The notes beneath the pieces were generated by a model. That model saw only the letters and a list, made by a program, of their open reading frames with translations. It did not search any database and had not been told where the DNA came from. The position numbers were made by a program, and so were the translations under genes. From NCBI RefSeq assembly GCF_036588685.1, contig NC_086377.1, positions 5,084,001 to 5,148,000 of the forward strand: a stretch of 64,000 nucleotides of DNA, given 5' to 3'. The stretch is from Mytilus trossulus (lineage: Eukaryota). This document shows positions 48,908-62,694 of the stretch, in pieces; positions within the stretch are counted from its first letter, which is position 1; the number at the start of each line of letters is the position of its first letter.

Positions 48908-51900
48908 TTAATCAATTTTGATGATAGACAAACACGAATATTTCCCATAAATGTAGCTATTGGTGACCACATGTATTTCTAAAATATCATGTCTATTCAA
49001 ATTGTCAACAGCTGATCCTGTCCCGGTATATTGTTGTTGAGGACCACTAGAATAGTCTGGTACTATACGGACGTTAACCAAAGCATTTCCATTTTTTCTT
49101 ATTTGATAAGCTGCATTAGGTGAATGGGAGGTTATGCTAGCAACGATGAGGTATAATCCAAACTGATCACATGTAAATTCTCCACGAGTTTTAAAAGGAA
49201 CTACACTAACGACTCCATGTGAGGTTTTGAAGTCCGGAAATTTAACTGCTCTATTATTGTAATTGTATCCACCATCAGTACACGCAGTCAAATAAACTGT
49301 AACAGAAAAAAAACTCAATACTACACAATCAGCAACAAATATAATTTATAGATCATAAATTGCTAAACTGACGATAACATAAATAAATGGTTCGCATATT
49401 AAGATTGAACGGACTTCTTTTGGTCGGAATTATTTGACACTAGTTATATAGAGACTTGTACAATCAAACTCAGGAGAGCAAAGACCATTCCAATCCGATT
49501 AAATAGATCTACGAAGAGATGATATATTTCCTTTGGCACCATCTTACGGTGTTTATATTTCACAACTAGTTCACTATTCCCGTGTCTGTTTTGACGTTTT
49601 GATTTTAACGAACGTATTCTATGTATTAATGGTAAATTATTAAGCCAGGGAATTCATTACCACAAATTACTCAAAACCTAAACTAAGTTATTCCATAGAT
49701 ACACAGATTTGGTATAGAAGTGTGGTTGTACCTGTAAAAACTTATTTCAAACGGGATAACACATCCTCATTTTTACGGAAATGTAGATGCATGATTTTTT
49801 TATTAGTTGTTAGTGGCTTTGAACTAGATGTTAGTAACTGCGAGAACTCTCAGATCATTACTTATTGTCTTTTTGTTGTTGGGATATACAAGTATCCGGC
49901 CACGTCTACTCTGTATTTTTGTTAGATGTATTTCTATTTGTATCTATCTAATGAGTTTTTTTCAACTGATTTTGATAGTTCGTTCTTATGTTGTACTGTT
50001 ACACCACTGTCCCAGGTTAGGGGAGGGTTGAGATCCCGCTAAAATGTTTAAACCCGCCACATCTGTATATATGTGCCTGTCCATAGTCAGGAGCCTGTAA
50101 TTCAGTGGTTGTCGTCGTGATGTGTTACAAATTGATTTTTCGTTAATTGTTTTTTACATAAATTAGGCCGTTAGTTTTCTCGTTTGAATTGTATTACATT
50201 TGTCATTTCGAAACCTTTTATAGCTGACTATATTTATGAGGTATCGGCTTTGCAAACTGTTGAATACCGTACGACGACCTATAGTTGTTAATTTCTGTGT
50301 CATTTGGTCTCTTGTGGAGAGTTGTTTCATTGGCAATCATACCACATCTTTTTTTTTTTTATATATATTAGCTCTATTCAAGTAAAAGTACTGGTGTATA
50401 TCTACAATAACGGATGAATTATGTTTACGGAAACAACCTATGTGTCTTTTGTCTTTATACAAATTATATTGCTCCATTGGTGTTTACATGAATATTGAAA
50501 TTGACCCCTTCTCAGAAATTAATTTGAAACATCATTAACACCACTATCACCATTACATGAATAAAACAAATTGTTTATTTTGATTTTATTAATACAAATA
50601 ATTGAAGGGTATACGAGGAGTATGTGGCATGGCATAAATTATTCTTAAACAATTGCATCCCAGTATCAAAATCATATGAAAAATATACTTTCATTAATTC
50701 TTAAAATAAACTGAAAATAAAGGTTAATTTCGAATTCAAAAAAAAATTTGTATACACAGACAGTCGTTTTCTCTTTTGATTAGTACAAATCTCAACTGTC
50801 AGCTGAGGAAAATTCATTTCATACCATACAGTTAAGGTTGTGCTCGTTATTAAAGACCGTGAATTAATCGTGATTTGTAATTAATCAAATATGTGTCCTC
50901 TGCTCTTTAATTGATTGTTCTTTGAATGGCGATTATACAACACCTCTTTATTTTCATAGCGTGATGGGGTTCATTATAACAATATACTAATTTGGAATGT
51001 TAATTTATGTATGTTTTTAGTGCTAAATAATTAAAAAAAGGGCTAAGGAAGAAATAAATAGATTCAAACCAAAAATATTAACGTGTATATTTTCATTAAA
51101 ATGTTCTTTAATTACAAAACTTATTAAACACACATATATTTTCATGAATACCAATGTCCTAAATTAGAAAAAAAATCACTTACTTCTTAAGAACAAAATA
51201 ATATGCATTATGTATGTAGGACTCGGATGTGCGATGGGGACACTGAATTATGATTGTCCGTTTGATCATGTGCGATGGTCTATTTGACGCATGATGACTA
51301 GTTTAAAATCGACAAAATTATGTGCAATTTTTATGAGATTGTATTTTGGTCATGTTGGTATCTATGTATGATTGTAAGTTTATAAGCCCCTTTAAAACTG
51401 TTCCGATGTTGAATATGCATAAAATATTTTCAACTCGAATTTAAAAATTAGCCATCCATCATTCGGATAATTTTTAAACGATTGTATGAACAGTGGCTTA
51501 TTTTTGTCCAAGCCAATTTACAAAGTACATTACAACGATACAGACATGAATGGTTATTCGATAACTATAAACCAGGACTGATTTAAATTGAAAGGGTAAC
51601 ATTCTCGATGATTAACTTAATAAACATGAAAAGCCGCTTCTAGGAAACAACTTGATCTCATCGTCGACATGTGAACATGTTGGTATGATACGGGTTATGT
51701 TATTCTCATATATCATGTATATTTTATGATTGTATAATACTAAACCGCTAACGGGAGGGATTGTGCTTGATTTTCATATGATGAAGACAAAATCTTTCTA
51801 TCAGTTTAATTGAGGTCTGGAGCTGGCATGTCAGTAACTTCTAGTAGTTCTTTGTTAATTTATGTATCATTGTCATTTTGCTAAGTTTCTTTTGTTACCT

Positions 51901-52836
51901 ATTCTGACATCGGACTCGAACTTCTTTTAAACGGAGTTTTACTGTGCGTATTGGTGTTTGTTTTTCTTCATTGGCTAGAAGTATAGGGGGAGGGTTGAGA
52001 TATCACAAAACATGTTTAACCCCGCAGCATTTGCGCTTGTCCAAAGTCAGGAGCCTCTGGCCTTTGTTAGTCTTTGTTAGTATGATTTTTTTTATTTTAG
52101 TTCATTTATATGTTTTTGAGTTAAGTATGACGTCCATTATCACACGTTTTTGTTTAGTGGCGAGTAGAAGCACATCTCTGGGAGCGGGATTTTCTCGCTG
52201 TGTGGAAAATACATTGATGGCCTTCAGCTGTTTTCTGCTCTTTGGTCAGGTTGTTGTCTCTGTCACATATTCCCCCATTTCTATTCTCAATTTTATGAAA
52301 AGCATTGACATTATAGTTTATGTTCAACGTGACCATCGATGTTTTGAGTACCATCGCAGTCCAGATTCCTTCATATACAGAACCGATAATGAATAAAAAA
52401 AACGCCTTATAATTTGTATGCATGCGAAGCGCTTTTTTTGTGTATCTTCATCACGTACAATGAATTGAATTTATCAAAATAATTACTGACCTTGCCCTCT
52501 TGTACTTGTCAGTTGGTACTGCATACCACTAACGACACCTTTAATTTCACTTTCAGCTATTGAAAAGGCAACAGTTAGATTGTGATAGCGTTCATCAATG
52601 TACTTCTGAATAATAGGTATTTTAGATGTAATATTGGTCAGTTTATTAACCTCTATCTCAAGTTGTCTGATATACTGCTCCATCTGTTTTCGTTCCTTTC
52701 TCTCCTCAGTGATGATATCAAATAGCGCATTGTAATGACTATTTGTTAATCCACCATTTACTGGGCCAGGCGTGGTAATGTCAAAAAGAAACCCAAATGT
52801 TGTAGGAAGAAGGAAAAACCAAATTCTGACCTGCAT
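48908..52836 (-). CDS. Secreted C1qDC protein, 2 exons, 244 aa
   Basis: Exon 1 52491-52836 (signal peptide and coiled-coil, GTCAG donor, phase 1). Exon 2 48908-49296 (gC1q: GEFTCDQFGLY..YTGTGSAV..SCLSIIKI). TATAAATA ~80 bp upstream of the ATG. Confidence 0.88.
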
Positions 52837-53511
52837 ATTTTTTTTTTTTTACATGAAGTCTAACAGTGTGAGAAAAGCTTTTGATACTAGATATCTATTG
52901 TGTTGGAAATTCATATTTATAAGTATCGCCCGTTTTTCAAAATAACAACTATGCATAGATCGTATAAAATGCTTTATAAGATAAGCACTTCTACGTCTTT
53001 AAATGCAGATAGGTGATAATAGGAACAGACATGTCTGATAAATAGGATTTGAAATAATTAAACAGGCGTTATAAACCAGATGCAATTCCCCGACAGAACA
53101 CTGTATGTAAATTTACGCAATAATCTACATGCCTCCGTACCAACGAAGTTTAACAGTGTCAGATAAACTTTTGATACTAAATATCTATAGTGTTAGAAAT
53201 TGATATTGATAAGTATCGCCTGTTGCGACATTTTATCTAATTTATTACGTTTGTTTGGATAATTTTTTATCCTATTAAACATTTTATAAGATCTATGCAA
53301 TGTTGTAAAAATAACAACATTGCATAGATCTTATAAAATGTTTTATATGATAAACACTTCAACATCCTTAAATGCAAATAGGTGATAATTTGAAATGACA
53401 TGTTTAATAAATAGGATTTAAAAATTATACATACAAGCGTAGTAAAATTTCGCAACAAAAACTATTTGTAAATAAACCATCATAGATACCAGGATTGAAA
53501 TGTGAAATTTG

Positions 53512-53553
53512 CGCCAGACGCGCGTTTCGTCTACAAAAGACTCATCAGTGACG
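53512..53553 (-). ncRNA. Minimal type I hammerhead ribozyme, second copy (within repeat ~53470-53760)
   Basis: Identical to 48282-48323. Confidence 0.8.
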
Positions 53554-54254
53554 CTCGAATTATCAAATGTTAAAAAGGCCAAAATAAAGTACGAAGTTAA
53601 AGAGCATTGAGGACCAACATTCCTAAAATGTTTGCCAAAGACAGCTAAGGTAATCTATTCCTGAGGTAGAAAAGCCTAAGTATTTCAAAAATTAAATTTT
53701 GTAAACAGTTTATTTATAATTCTGACCATATCAATGATAACTCAAGTCAACACAGAAGTGTTAAATTTATGCTATATTACCACATGCCTCCTTACCAACG
53801 ATTATTGTTTCGAAATAAAGAAGAATACAGCATTTTGTTTATAGCAACATATATGCAGTATAGCCAATGAAACAGTCACCCATCGATACAAAAAAGGATC
53901 CGAGATATGTATGGTTCTACATATAGGCTTCGAAAACTTACAGGTGTCTATACAACATATATAAAGGTAAAACCACATGAGATATGGGGACATATGTCAT
54001 TGATACGGTGTTCCATCAAAGCTTATCATTCCACGTACAAGTGTGACACTCTGAAAGTTATTTTCGCTAAAGAATATGTGTATCAGAGGGTCATCAATTT
54101 AATATCGAATTTATGTTTCAATGAAATTTTAAATTCAGCGTTGATTCGTTGTCGTATTTGTTTGATCACAAAGAATTTTGCAATCACACTGTGTTAATTT
54201 CGATTCAGCTTTTAATTAATTGGAATTTATTTTGTTATAGTTCTCATGAGTAGT

Positions 54255-54476
54255 AGGTATTTTAGATGTAAAATTGATAAGATTTTTTAAATTCTACTTC
54301 AAGTTGTCTTATATACTGTTCTATATGTTTTCGTTCTTTTCTCTCCTCTGTGATGATATCCAATAGCGCATTATAAAGACTAATTGTAATTCCACCATTA
54401 ACAGAGCCATGTGTGGTCAGTTCAAATAGAAACCCAAATGTTGTAGGAAGAAGGAAGAGCCAACTCTGCCCACCAT
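54255..54476 (-). pseudogene. Orphan C1qDC exon-1 pseudogene
   Basis: WLFLLPTTFGFLFELTT..YNALLDIITEERKE homology; 1-bp deletion just after the ATG, a second frameshift near 54282, truncated. Confidence 0.8.
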
Positions 54477-55754
54477 ATTTTTTTTTCACATGAAATTTTA
54501 CAGTGTCATTTAATGTAATTTATAAGTATCTTACCGTTTGTCAAAACACCAAAATTCCATGGATTTTATATAATGTATCCATAAAATAAACACTTGTTCA
54601 AATACGGATATAGGATTTTATCGAAAGACTCGTGTATTAAATGATGTTTAAAAAATGAACCAAACACATATACTCTTCAAAAAAGGAAACGCAACATCCT
54701 CCATTTTCGAAAACAAAAGTAAAAGTTTGAATGAACGAAATCGAATAAAAACTAGTCAGTATACGTGACCTTTTTGGAAAAAATTATAACGCTGTGTGAG
54801 GACGGCATACGGAAATAACAACTGAAGTTGCTTGCACGAAACTGGCTTTTTTCTAAGCTGGTTTCACTTTAGAGTATTAATCAATGCTTTCATAGATGCA
54901 ATTATTCTATAATTGACTAAACATCATCTACTCTTTAATGGACAGTTATATAATTATTGCTATCACATTTATATCAATTTTGTTTTTATTTTCATACTGA
55001 AATTCGATTCCTGACAACAGTGACGTGAATGAATGTAATATATGAATGATAAATGGCAATTATTGTGGAAACGTGAGATTGAATAGATAAACAGATTCTA
55101 AGGGTGTAATTCAATGGTTTTCGTTTGTTGATTTGTTACATATATACATATATATATATATAAATTTTTAAATTTTTGTACACAAATTAGGCTGTCAGTT
55201 TTCTCGGTTGAATTGTTTTACATTTGTCATTTCGGGGCTTTTCATAGCTGACTATTCGGTATGGGCTTTGGTCATTTTTGAAGTTCATACGGTGACCTAT
55301 AGTCGTTAATTTCTGTGTCATTTGGTCTCTTGTGGAGAGTTGTCTCATTCGCAATTATACAACATCTTCTTTTTTTATACAAACATATTTCTATCAACAA
55401 AATTAATTCCTCCAAACAAAAAAGTAATGACTAACATTTTTCAAAACAATTGAGAAATAAAAAAAACCCTGAATACTAATATTTAAAAAATTTAAATGTT
55501 AGATGTTGAGGTGATATTTGAAAAGTGCGTCATGATGTTTAGGATAGCATTATCTTTGATGAAATTTTACAGGAACCTTTAACTAGAATGCTGAAATACT
55601 AAAATAAATCGTTAACAGCAGTAGTTCAATAGTTGTGTTAAAACTAATAATGTCCGTAAATAGTCCATTTGCCAATTACCGATTTGATTCTGTTATTACA
55701 CACTTTTTTTTTTAACAAATTACTGCCCTCTGTCAAACGTAGACTGGTTCTTTA

Positions 55755-56189
55755 GGGAAAACGGTAGTATTTAATTTTCCCAGCATTAGGTTGGCCTTTT
55801 GTGTACCCAAGACAGGTGAAGGAAGTCAAATTAGGAGCGCTGTGATTGGATGTAGAGTACAATATATTTTTTTATTTATCTATGAATAACTGCAGTGTGT
55901 AAATTTATAAAATAAATTTTAAAACCTATTGAAATATTTTCTAGAGAATTATTCGAAAAGGCTTACAAAATTTCAAAAATTTGGTGCAAAATGACGGTGG
56001 GCATGGATAACATAAACTAGCTCCGTTGGAAATTGGTCATGATACTATTTGGCTTTAATTTTTAGAGTACAATAATAAAGTTGTAACACCACACATAACT
56101 GTTTTGTCCAGGTTTTTATTATAAAAACTGGTAAATTTAGAAAATGTTAGTATTGTCGCCTATGGCAGAATAAATAGTACCGTTTTCCC
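55755..56189. mobile_element. 435-bp MITE copy 1 (GGG..CCC ends, 4-bp flanks; Sola2-like termini)
   Basis: TIR gggaaaacggta / taccgttttccc; flanks TTTA (left) and TATA (right). Confidence 0.8.
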
Positions 56190-57422
56190 TATACTCAAGA
56201 TAGCAAGGGAAATCAAAATCAATCAGACTTCAGTCATATTATACTATTTTGAAGCATTTGATAAGAACATTTGATTTTTATCACAAAGAATAGAGATTTT
56301 TATCTGAGAACAGTAATGTGTTGAGAAAAGTGCTGAGTCATCATAATAAGTCAAATTGGTGGGTACTGATATAAAACTTTATTCCAGGGTGTCAATATTA
56401 ACTATATTGTATAAACTGCACCAAACTATTGTTCTTTTGTATTTGTTTTCACCTTTCGCAATGATTAATTCAATTCGAAAACCCAGAATTCAAGTCGCGA
56501 CAAATATTTTGAACTGAAATATTTGCCTTTTTTGCTGTGGAATTCCCTAAATGTTTCAATTGGGTATTTCCCTTGACACAATCTATTTAAATTGGATATT
56601 ATCTGGTTAAGTTTGTACTGCTTATATAGTAAGGCAGTATTTGGTCATACTAGAAGCATTTTCACTCTTAGAATTGCTCATGTAAGAAAAAAAGAGGCCC
56701 ACTTGAGGCTAAATTTAGATAGAATTTATACTCTCCTGTGTAAAGAATTGCTCACATTGTTGGCAATTCATGCAGCAAATATTTCAATAGTGCTTCATTT
56801 TGTAGTTTCTATCTTTTATTATATCAGGCATATATAATTTGTCATTTTGTACTGTTTGAAAGGACTTTTATTGGAATTTAATACTCCCAAGGGACATAAT
56901 TCAGCTTTTTCATAGATTAATACTGGCAACAAAGGCAACTTTACAGCTGAGTATTTTGCAGATTTAATGTTTTAAGTGTCTAATATCCTTGTTTTTATCA
57001 TCTCAAGAGAGAATAATGTATTTTATAACCAGCTCTGAAATTTTGAACCACAATATGGCATATACTAAAGCATGGACTGGAGATTAGTATGACAAATCTT
57101 GAATTTGTGCTTATGTTGTAAATTTTGGATAAAATGTATACAAATTGAATGGAACTGTCATTTTTATCTGTTTAAATGGAAATGTTTATTATTCTTTTTA
57201 GATAAGATAAGATATAGTTGGATACAGGTTGTTTGTTAAGCCTTATCTGAAAGAAGTAGAGAAAGAGGTAAATCAGCATTTAAGGGTGGGGACATAAAAT
57301 TATCCATGTTTCTTTAAGTAATGGGGACATACAAGTATTAGTTATAGTCAAGGTTTCCACAATAACCCAGTATTGCATGGATGGTGTTATAAAAATAATT
57401 TATAGCTTTGTGTCACAGTATA

Positions 57423-57857
57423 GGGAAAACGGTAGTATTTAATTTTCCCAGCATTAGGTTGGCCTTTTGTGTACCCAAGACAGGTGAAGGAAGTCAAATT
57501 AGGAGCGCTGTGATTGGATGTAGGGTACAATATATTTTTTTATTTATCTATGAATAACTGCAGTGTGTAAATTTATAAAATAAATTTTAAAACCTATTGA
57601 AATATTTTCTAGAGAATTATTCGAAAAGGCTTACAAAATTTCAAAAATTTGGTGCAAAATGACGGTGGGCATGGATAACATAAACTAGCTCCGTTGGAAA
57701 TTGGTCATGATACTATTTGGCTTTAATTTTTAGAGTACAATAATAAAGTTGTAACACCACACATAACTGTTTTGTCCAGGTTTTTATTATAAAAACTGGT
57801 AAATTTAGAAAATGTTAGTATTGTCGCCTATGGCAGAATAAATAGTACCGTTTTCCC
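57423..57857. mobile_element. 435-bp MITE copy 2, direct repeat of copy 1
   Basis: One visible mismatch to copy 1; flanks TATA (left) and TTTA (right). Confidence 0.8.
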
Positions 57858-60800
57858 TTTACTAGTCTCGATTACCCAAACGCATATTTAAATATAGCGT
57901 CTGGGGTGATTAACCGGATTGGTCAAATATTTATAGGGGGCGTAACAAATAAGTAAATATAGAACATATCTATAAATAACACTTCCGTTATCCCAAATAT
58001 ATTAAAAAAAAAACCAAAAAACAACAGTAAACAGTCTAGTAGTAAATGTACATGTATATATGACATTATTGTAGCTCACTCTATGTTGGCCAGCTTGCTG
58101 ATGGGAAATTTTAATACAAACGTGAAGTCAAATAAATGGAACTGCTTAAAAAAACCCATTTCACATGTATTCATGTTCTCAGAGTTCTTGTCTGAAACGG
58201 AATGATTTTAAAAATGTAATAAAGATCTAAAAGTCAAAATTAAGCTTTAATTGGCCGTACTTTATATTCAGATTTCGGATATTTTTTTCGTTGATTAAAA
58301 GTACTTTATATAAGTTTGACTCTTTTTTTTGGTCATGGTTTTTATCTAAGTCTGAATTGATCATTAACTACTTTTCTAGTTTTCGGCCGGTTGTGTCACC
58401 CCTGGTTTCCCCATTACCTGGGTACCACAGACGGCGGCACCCAAACGCCTGCCTCGTTTTATTGTGAGGCATAGTTACGGCCCTGTGTAAATATTATAGC
58501 ACTGTTATAAGCGGAACCCCCCCCCCCCCATTTTTTTTGTAGGAAAAATGTGGTTGATTATATAGGTAAACCCTGTAGCATGAGTGAGTGTAGTTCCCCT
58601 CCCTAATAATAAGTTCTGGATTGCCACTGTTCGTGTATAGATGATACCAAGCTTTCTGCACGCTTAAAAAGGAGTCCCTAGGTGGACCGTTATACTCTTA
58701 TTTTTAGAGAGTCGTAATTTTTCCAACCTGTATCCCGAACGGACTATAAATTAGGACCTTCTTTTTACAATTATTGTAAATTTCTTTGCGTCCTGAACAT
58801 TACCATTATTTACCACAAGACGATAAAAAAAGTAACCCACGATCAAACTATTCTTATATTATTGCACACCTGTCCACTTTTTCTCTTATCTTCATACTAT
58901 AAAATACCACTTTTCTCTATTCTTTGTTTAGTATTACATCGTCTTAAACATGCATGAAATATTTGTCACTGGACTTTAAGCAACGATCCATCAGTATATT
59001 GTGTCACCGTCAGTCTCTATTCTTTATTTTTTTATCCATTTTTCCTTGTTTTGTCTCATTATTCTCAGTTCCCCTTTTTTAAATACATATCTGATGCACT
59101 TACCTTACAAAAAAGCACACATCAAGTTACGTCTATGTAAAGAAAAACATCTCATACAAATACTAAGAATGCATATGTAGAAAAACTTTCTTAACAAGTA
59201 TAACTTGCAGATCAGCGAGATCACACAATGAGCCAACTCAATTTCCATTTACAAAATAAACTGATCTTAAAACTGCAAACGACAGAATAGTCTGAATGTT
59301 TCTTAGCTGTTACACCAATAATTGCCTATCCTTTTGGGAAAAAAATATTTAGGAATCAACCTTCACACAAAACCACTTTGCCAGTGTAGCCCGTGTCCAT
59401 GGAGAAATACAGAACTTAACCAGTCAGTCATGAAACCCAATATTCTTTGAATGCATGTTTTAATCACGCACATGGAAAAGATGGAATGGGATTTATCCCA
59501 TTCTGCATAGTAACTTGTAAAAAAAAAGATAATAACTCAAAAGTGTATTCTACTTCTCTTATAATTTCCATCATGTATAAGCATGCAATAAAGGACAGCT
59601 TCACAAGAAAAATAACTTCTGCTGTGAACCTTTTATATAAAAATAAGTAAATTGGTATGATTGGTAACGAGGCAACAACCCAGCAGAGTTCAAGGACATG
59701 TGTATACGCAAATGTGATCACTGCATGGCCTTCAATATTAAGACAACTCCCTACCATATAGTCAACTATAAAAGGGCCCGACATGAAAATGATATACAAT
59801 TCAACCGTAAAAACTAACTGTTCATATGATTTTTAATTTGTTAATACAAATCTAATTTCCCTAAAATATCTGACAACAATGTGTTTCTTGATATTTGTTT
59901 CATTTAATCAATATACGTCTGTGCATTTTTTTTTCGCTTTGTGGCGGATGTCAACATAATGTATACACAACATTTTTGGAACTGTGATCTATTTATACTG
60001 ATTGATGCTTCAGTATTTAAAAAAAAATCTTTCAGTTTGAATCTTGTTCATGTTTTTGATACAATGAAAATCCTGAGTATTTTTTTTTAATTCTTCACAT
60101 TTTACACATAAAATCTGTGTCCATAAATCATCATTGGTTTGTCTACAAAAGAAAGTAAATATAAAAATCATATAAATTCTTAGTCACCAGCATAGCATGT
60201 ATATGAAAAACAAATTGTTTAAAAAAAACATCATAGAAATATATTGTATAAATTATTGTCCTGGGGAAAGCTGAATCCGGCTTCAGGGTGCAAGATTATC
60301 TCGCTGCGTTAAAGACCCGACCCATTGGTGGTATTGGGCTGTTTACTGCTCTTTGGTCGGGTTGCCCAGTGTCTCTTTCAAACATTCCCTGTTTGTATTC
60401 TCTATCCAAACCATGCATGGATTTTTCTCATTGTTGAAGGCCATACAGTTGCTTATAATTGCTCACATTCAATTCATTTGAACTTGGGTGGATAGTTCTC
60501 ATTGGTATTCATACCGCATCTCCTTATTTGTGAATGTTGAGCTTTTGGCAATTTTATATTCAATTTTTGTTTTAGTCTACATGATAAACTCTTAATCATG
60601 ACGATGTCTACTTTTCGTAATTTATGTCATTGGGTTCACTGGTTGCTGCCTCATTGACACATTTTTTCATTGATGCTGAATATATTGTTTAAGTGTCTTT
60701 TGTCTTGCAGAAAATCGAATGTATAAATCATTTTGACCGTTTATTGTACTATGCAAAAAATGGCATCTTCTAGATACACTTTGTTTTACTTTGAATGTGT

Positions 60801-62253
60801 AAATCATTGTGTATCTCTTCTCCCCACTTTTTTTTTACACATATCAAGATGCAAATCCCCTTATTTAGATAGATACAACGAACTTTTCTTGGATGAAGGT
60901 GATATATCGGCGTTATAGCAGTTTTCCATCAAGTATTTATAAAGTGAACGATACTACATATCAACCCACAATGTATTTATAACGTATACGACTGTCCGAG
61001 TGGTCCCAGTCAACATAACAATTGACATTTATTGTATAATTATAAACTCGTTTTCGTTGAACGGACATGAATGAAAGAATATAACTACTCGGTGTATCAG
61101 GTTGCATTGCAATTTATGTTACAGTGTGAGTTGTTATCACATCTTAACAAGGTTGAATGTGCTGGTTTCCCTTCGCGTCCATGCCCATGCAAGCCATGCA
61201 GAATGGTGTTTTCCATGAATTGAATGTCGTCACAAAAATATATAAATAGCGTTCAACGACAATCGGTTCACTCGGGCGTTGCAATAATATTATCGTAATG
61301 TCACTTCTTCCGAAGTCAATAACCAACTTCTTGGTTATTCGTCTTAGACATTATCTCAACAACAAGTTGAAAAAGTCGATACTATTCCGAATGTCATAAA
61401 TTACCATTTTTATATCTCTTCTCATCCAGACGATCTACCTTGAACAATAAAGCGGCTGGATGATCGACTAGTTCTATACCGGACAAAATTGGCTATTGCC
61501 AATGCAGAGCATGATGAATCAAAATGATGTATCGGCAGATTTTGAAAAACTTTAAGAATGCTCACATTACGCACAGGGTAAATGTGCTCTTTCTGCTAGC
61601 TTTTCATTGCAAATAAAATAATGTCACTTATAAGGGAGACAACTGAAAAAGGATCTCTAATTACAGGGTCAATAACGAGAATTGGCAAATGGACTATTGA
61701 ATGAAAACTCCGGATAGTGATTGTTGATCACCGATAACCTTTTGAGGTCAACATGTAAAACGCTGGGCAAGGAAGACGTACGATTATAATAAGTAAAAAT
61801 GCGAATTATGTCTTATCTCTGATCGGGTTCACCAGGTACGCGAAAGATACAACAGTTGCGTTTTATAGTTAAAGAGCTTTATGTAACTGATAAATTATCA
61901 GGGAGTTCATAACCACACATTATTTGAAACCTTTAGCCAATTTGTTCATATGAAGGAAGAGTGACTGAAAGAATATGAATTATCATTAAACTGTTAAATC
62001 GGGATATCATATCATAAATTTTACGGTGCTGTTGTGTATATAGCCAATTAGTTTAGATACGATCAATGTAAACGTATTTATACTTGAGTACACTTATTCT
62101 TAAAAGTTATCAATTTGACACATTAGTGCACTCTGATTATTTTGTAATTAAAAACAAAATGATATATATATAACAAAGTACAGCTATGAGATCTGTAAAT
62201 AACATGTTTGCTCTTTAGATATATCATAGTTGATAATCGAATAAAAACGTTAA

Positions 62254-62652
62254 TTAATGAACTTTAATGTCGGAAAAACAAGCATGACCCAGATAAATGT
62301 AAGTATCATTAACTATATCAAAAGTATCAATAACTATATCAAAAGTATCATGTTGGTTCATGGAAACAGTTGAACCTGTACCGGAATGAAAATGGTCTTC
62401 GTGACCATCAGTAAAGTTTGCTACTATACGGACGTAAACCAAAGCAATTTCATTTTTCTCTTATTTGATATTCTGAATTAGGTGAAATAGACATCATAGT
62501 GGCCACAATGTGGTATAAATACAGGTTTCTAACATGTAATTCGTCAGTGAAATGTAAAGGAGATACATTATTGATTGCATATGTTTCTTTGGTGTTAGGA
62601 AAATTAATCACTCCTTTGATATAACCACCTTCAGCACATGCAGTAACAGCAA
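62254..62652 (-). pseudogene. C1qDC exon-2 pseudogene
   Basis: AVTACAEGG..VINFPN..HSGTGSTV..HACFSDIKVH; acceptor AG lost, frameshifts, and a 21-bp tandem duplication at ~62310-62350. Confidence 0.8.
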
Positions 62653-62694
62653 CAACAAGAGAACAACATTATTTACAGTGCGCTTCAAAGGAGT

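Noticed and set aside
51944-52423. 150-aa and 89-aa ORFs in the C1qDC intron
   Set aside because: Chance frames across interspersed repeats.
61100-61900. Slightly GC-richer stretch that might be a decayed coding sequence
   Set aside because: Short frames with stops and no family I can recognise; a BLASTx search would be needed.
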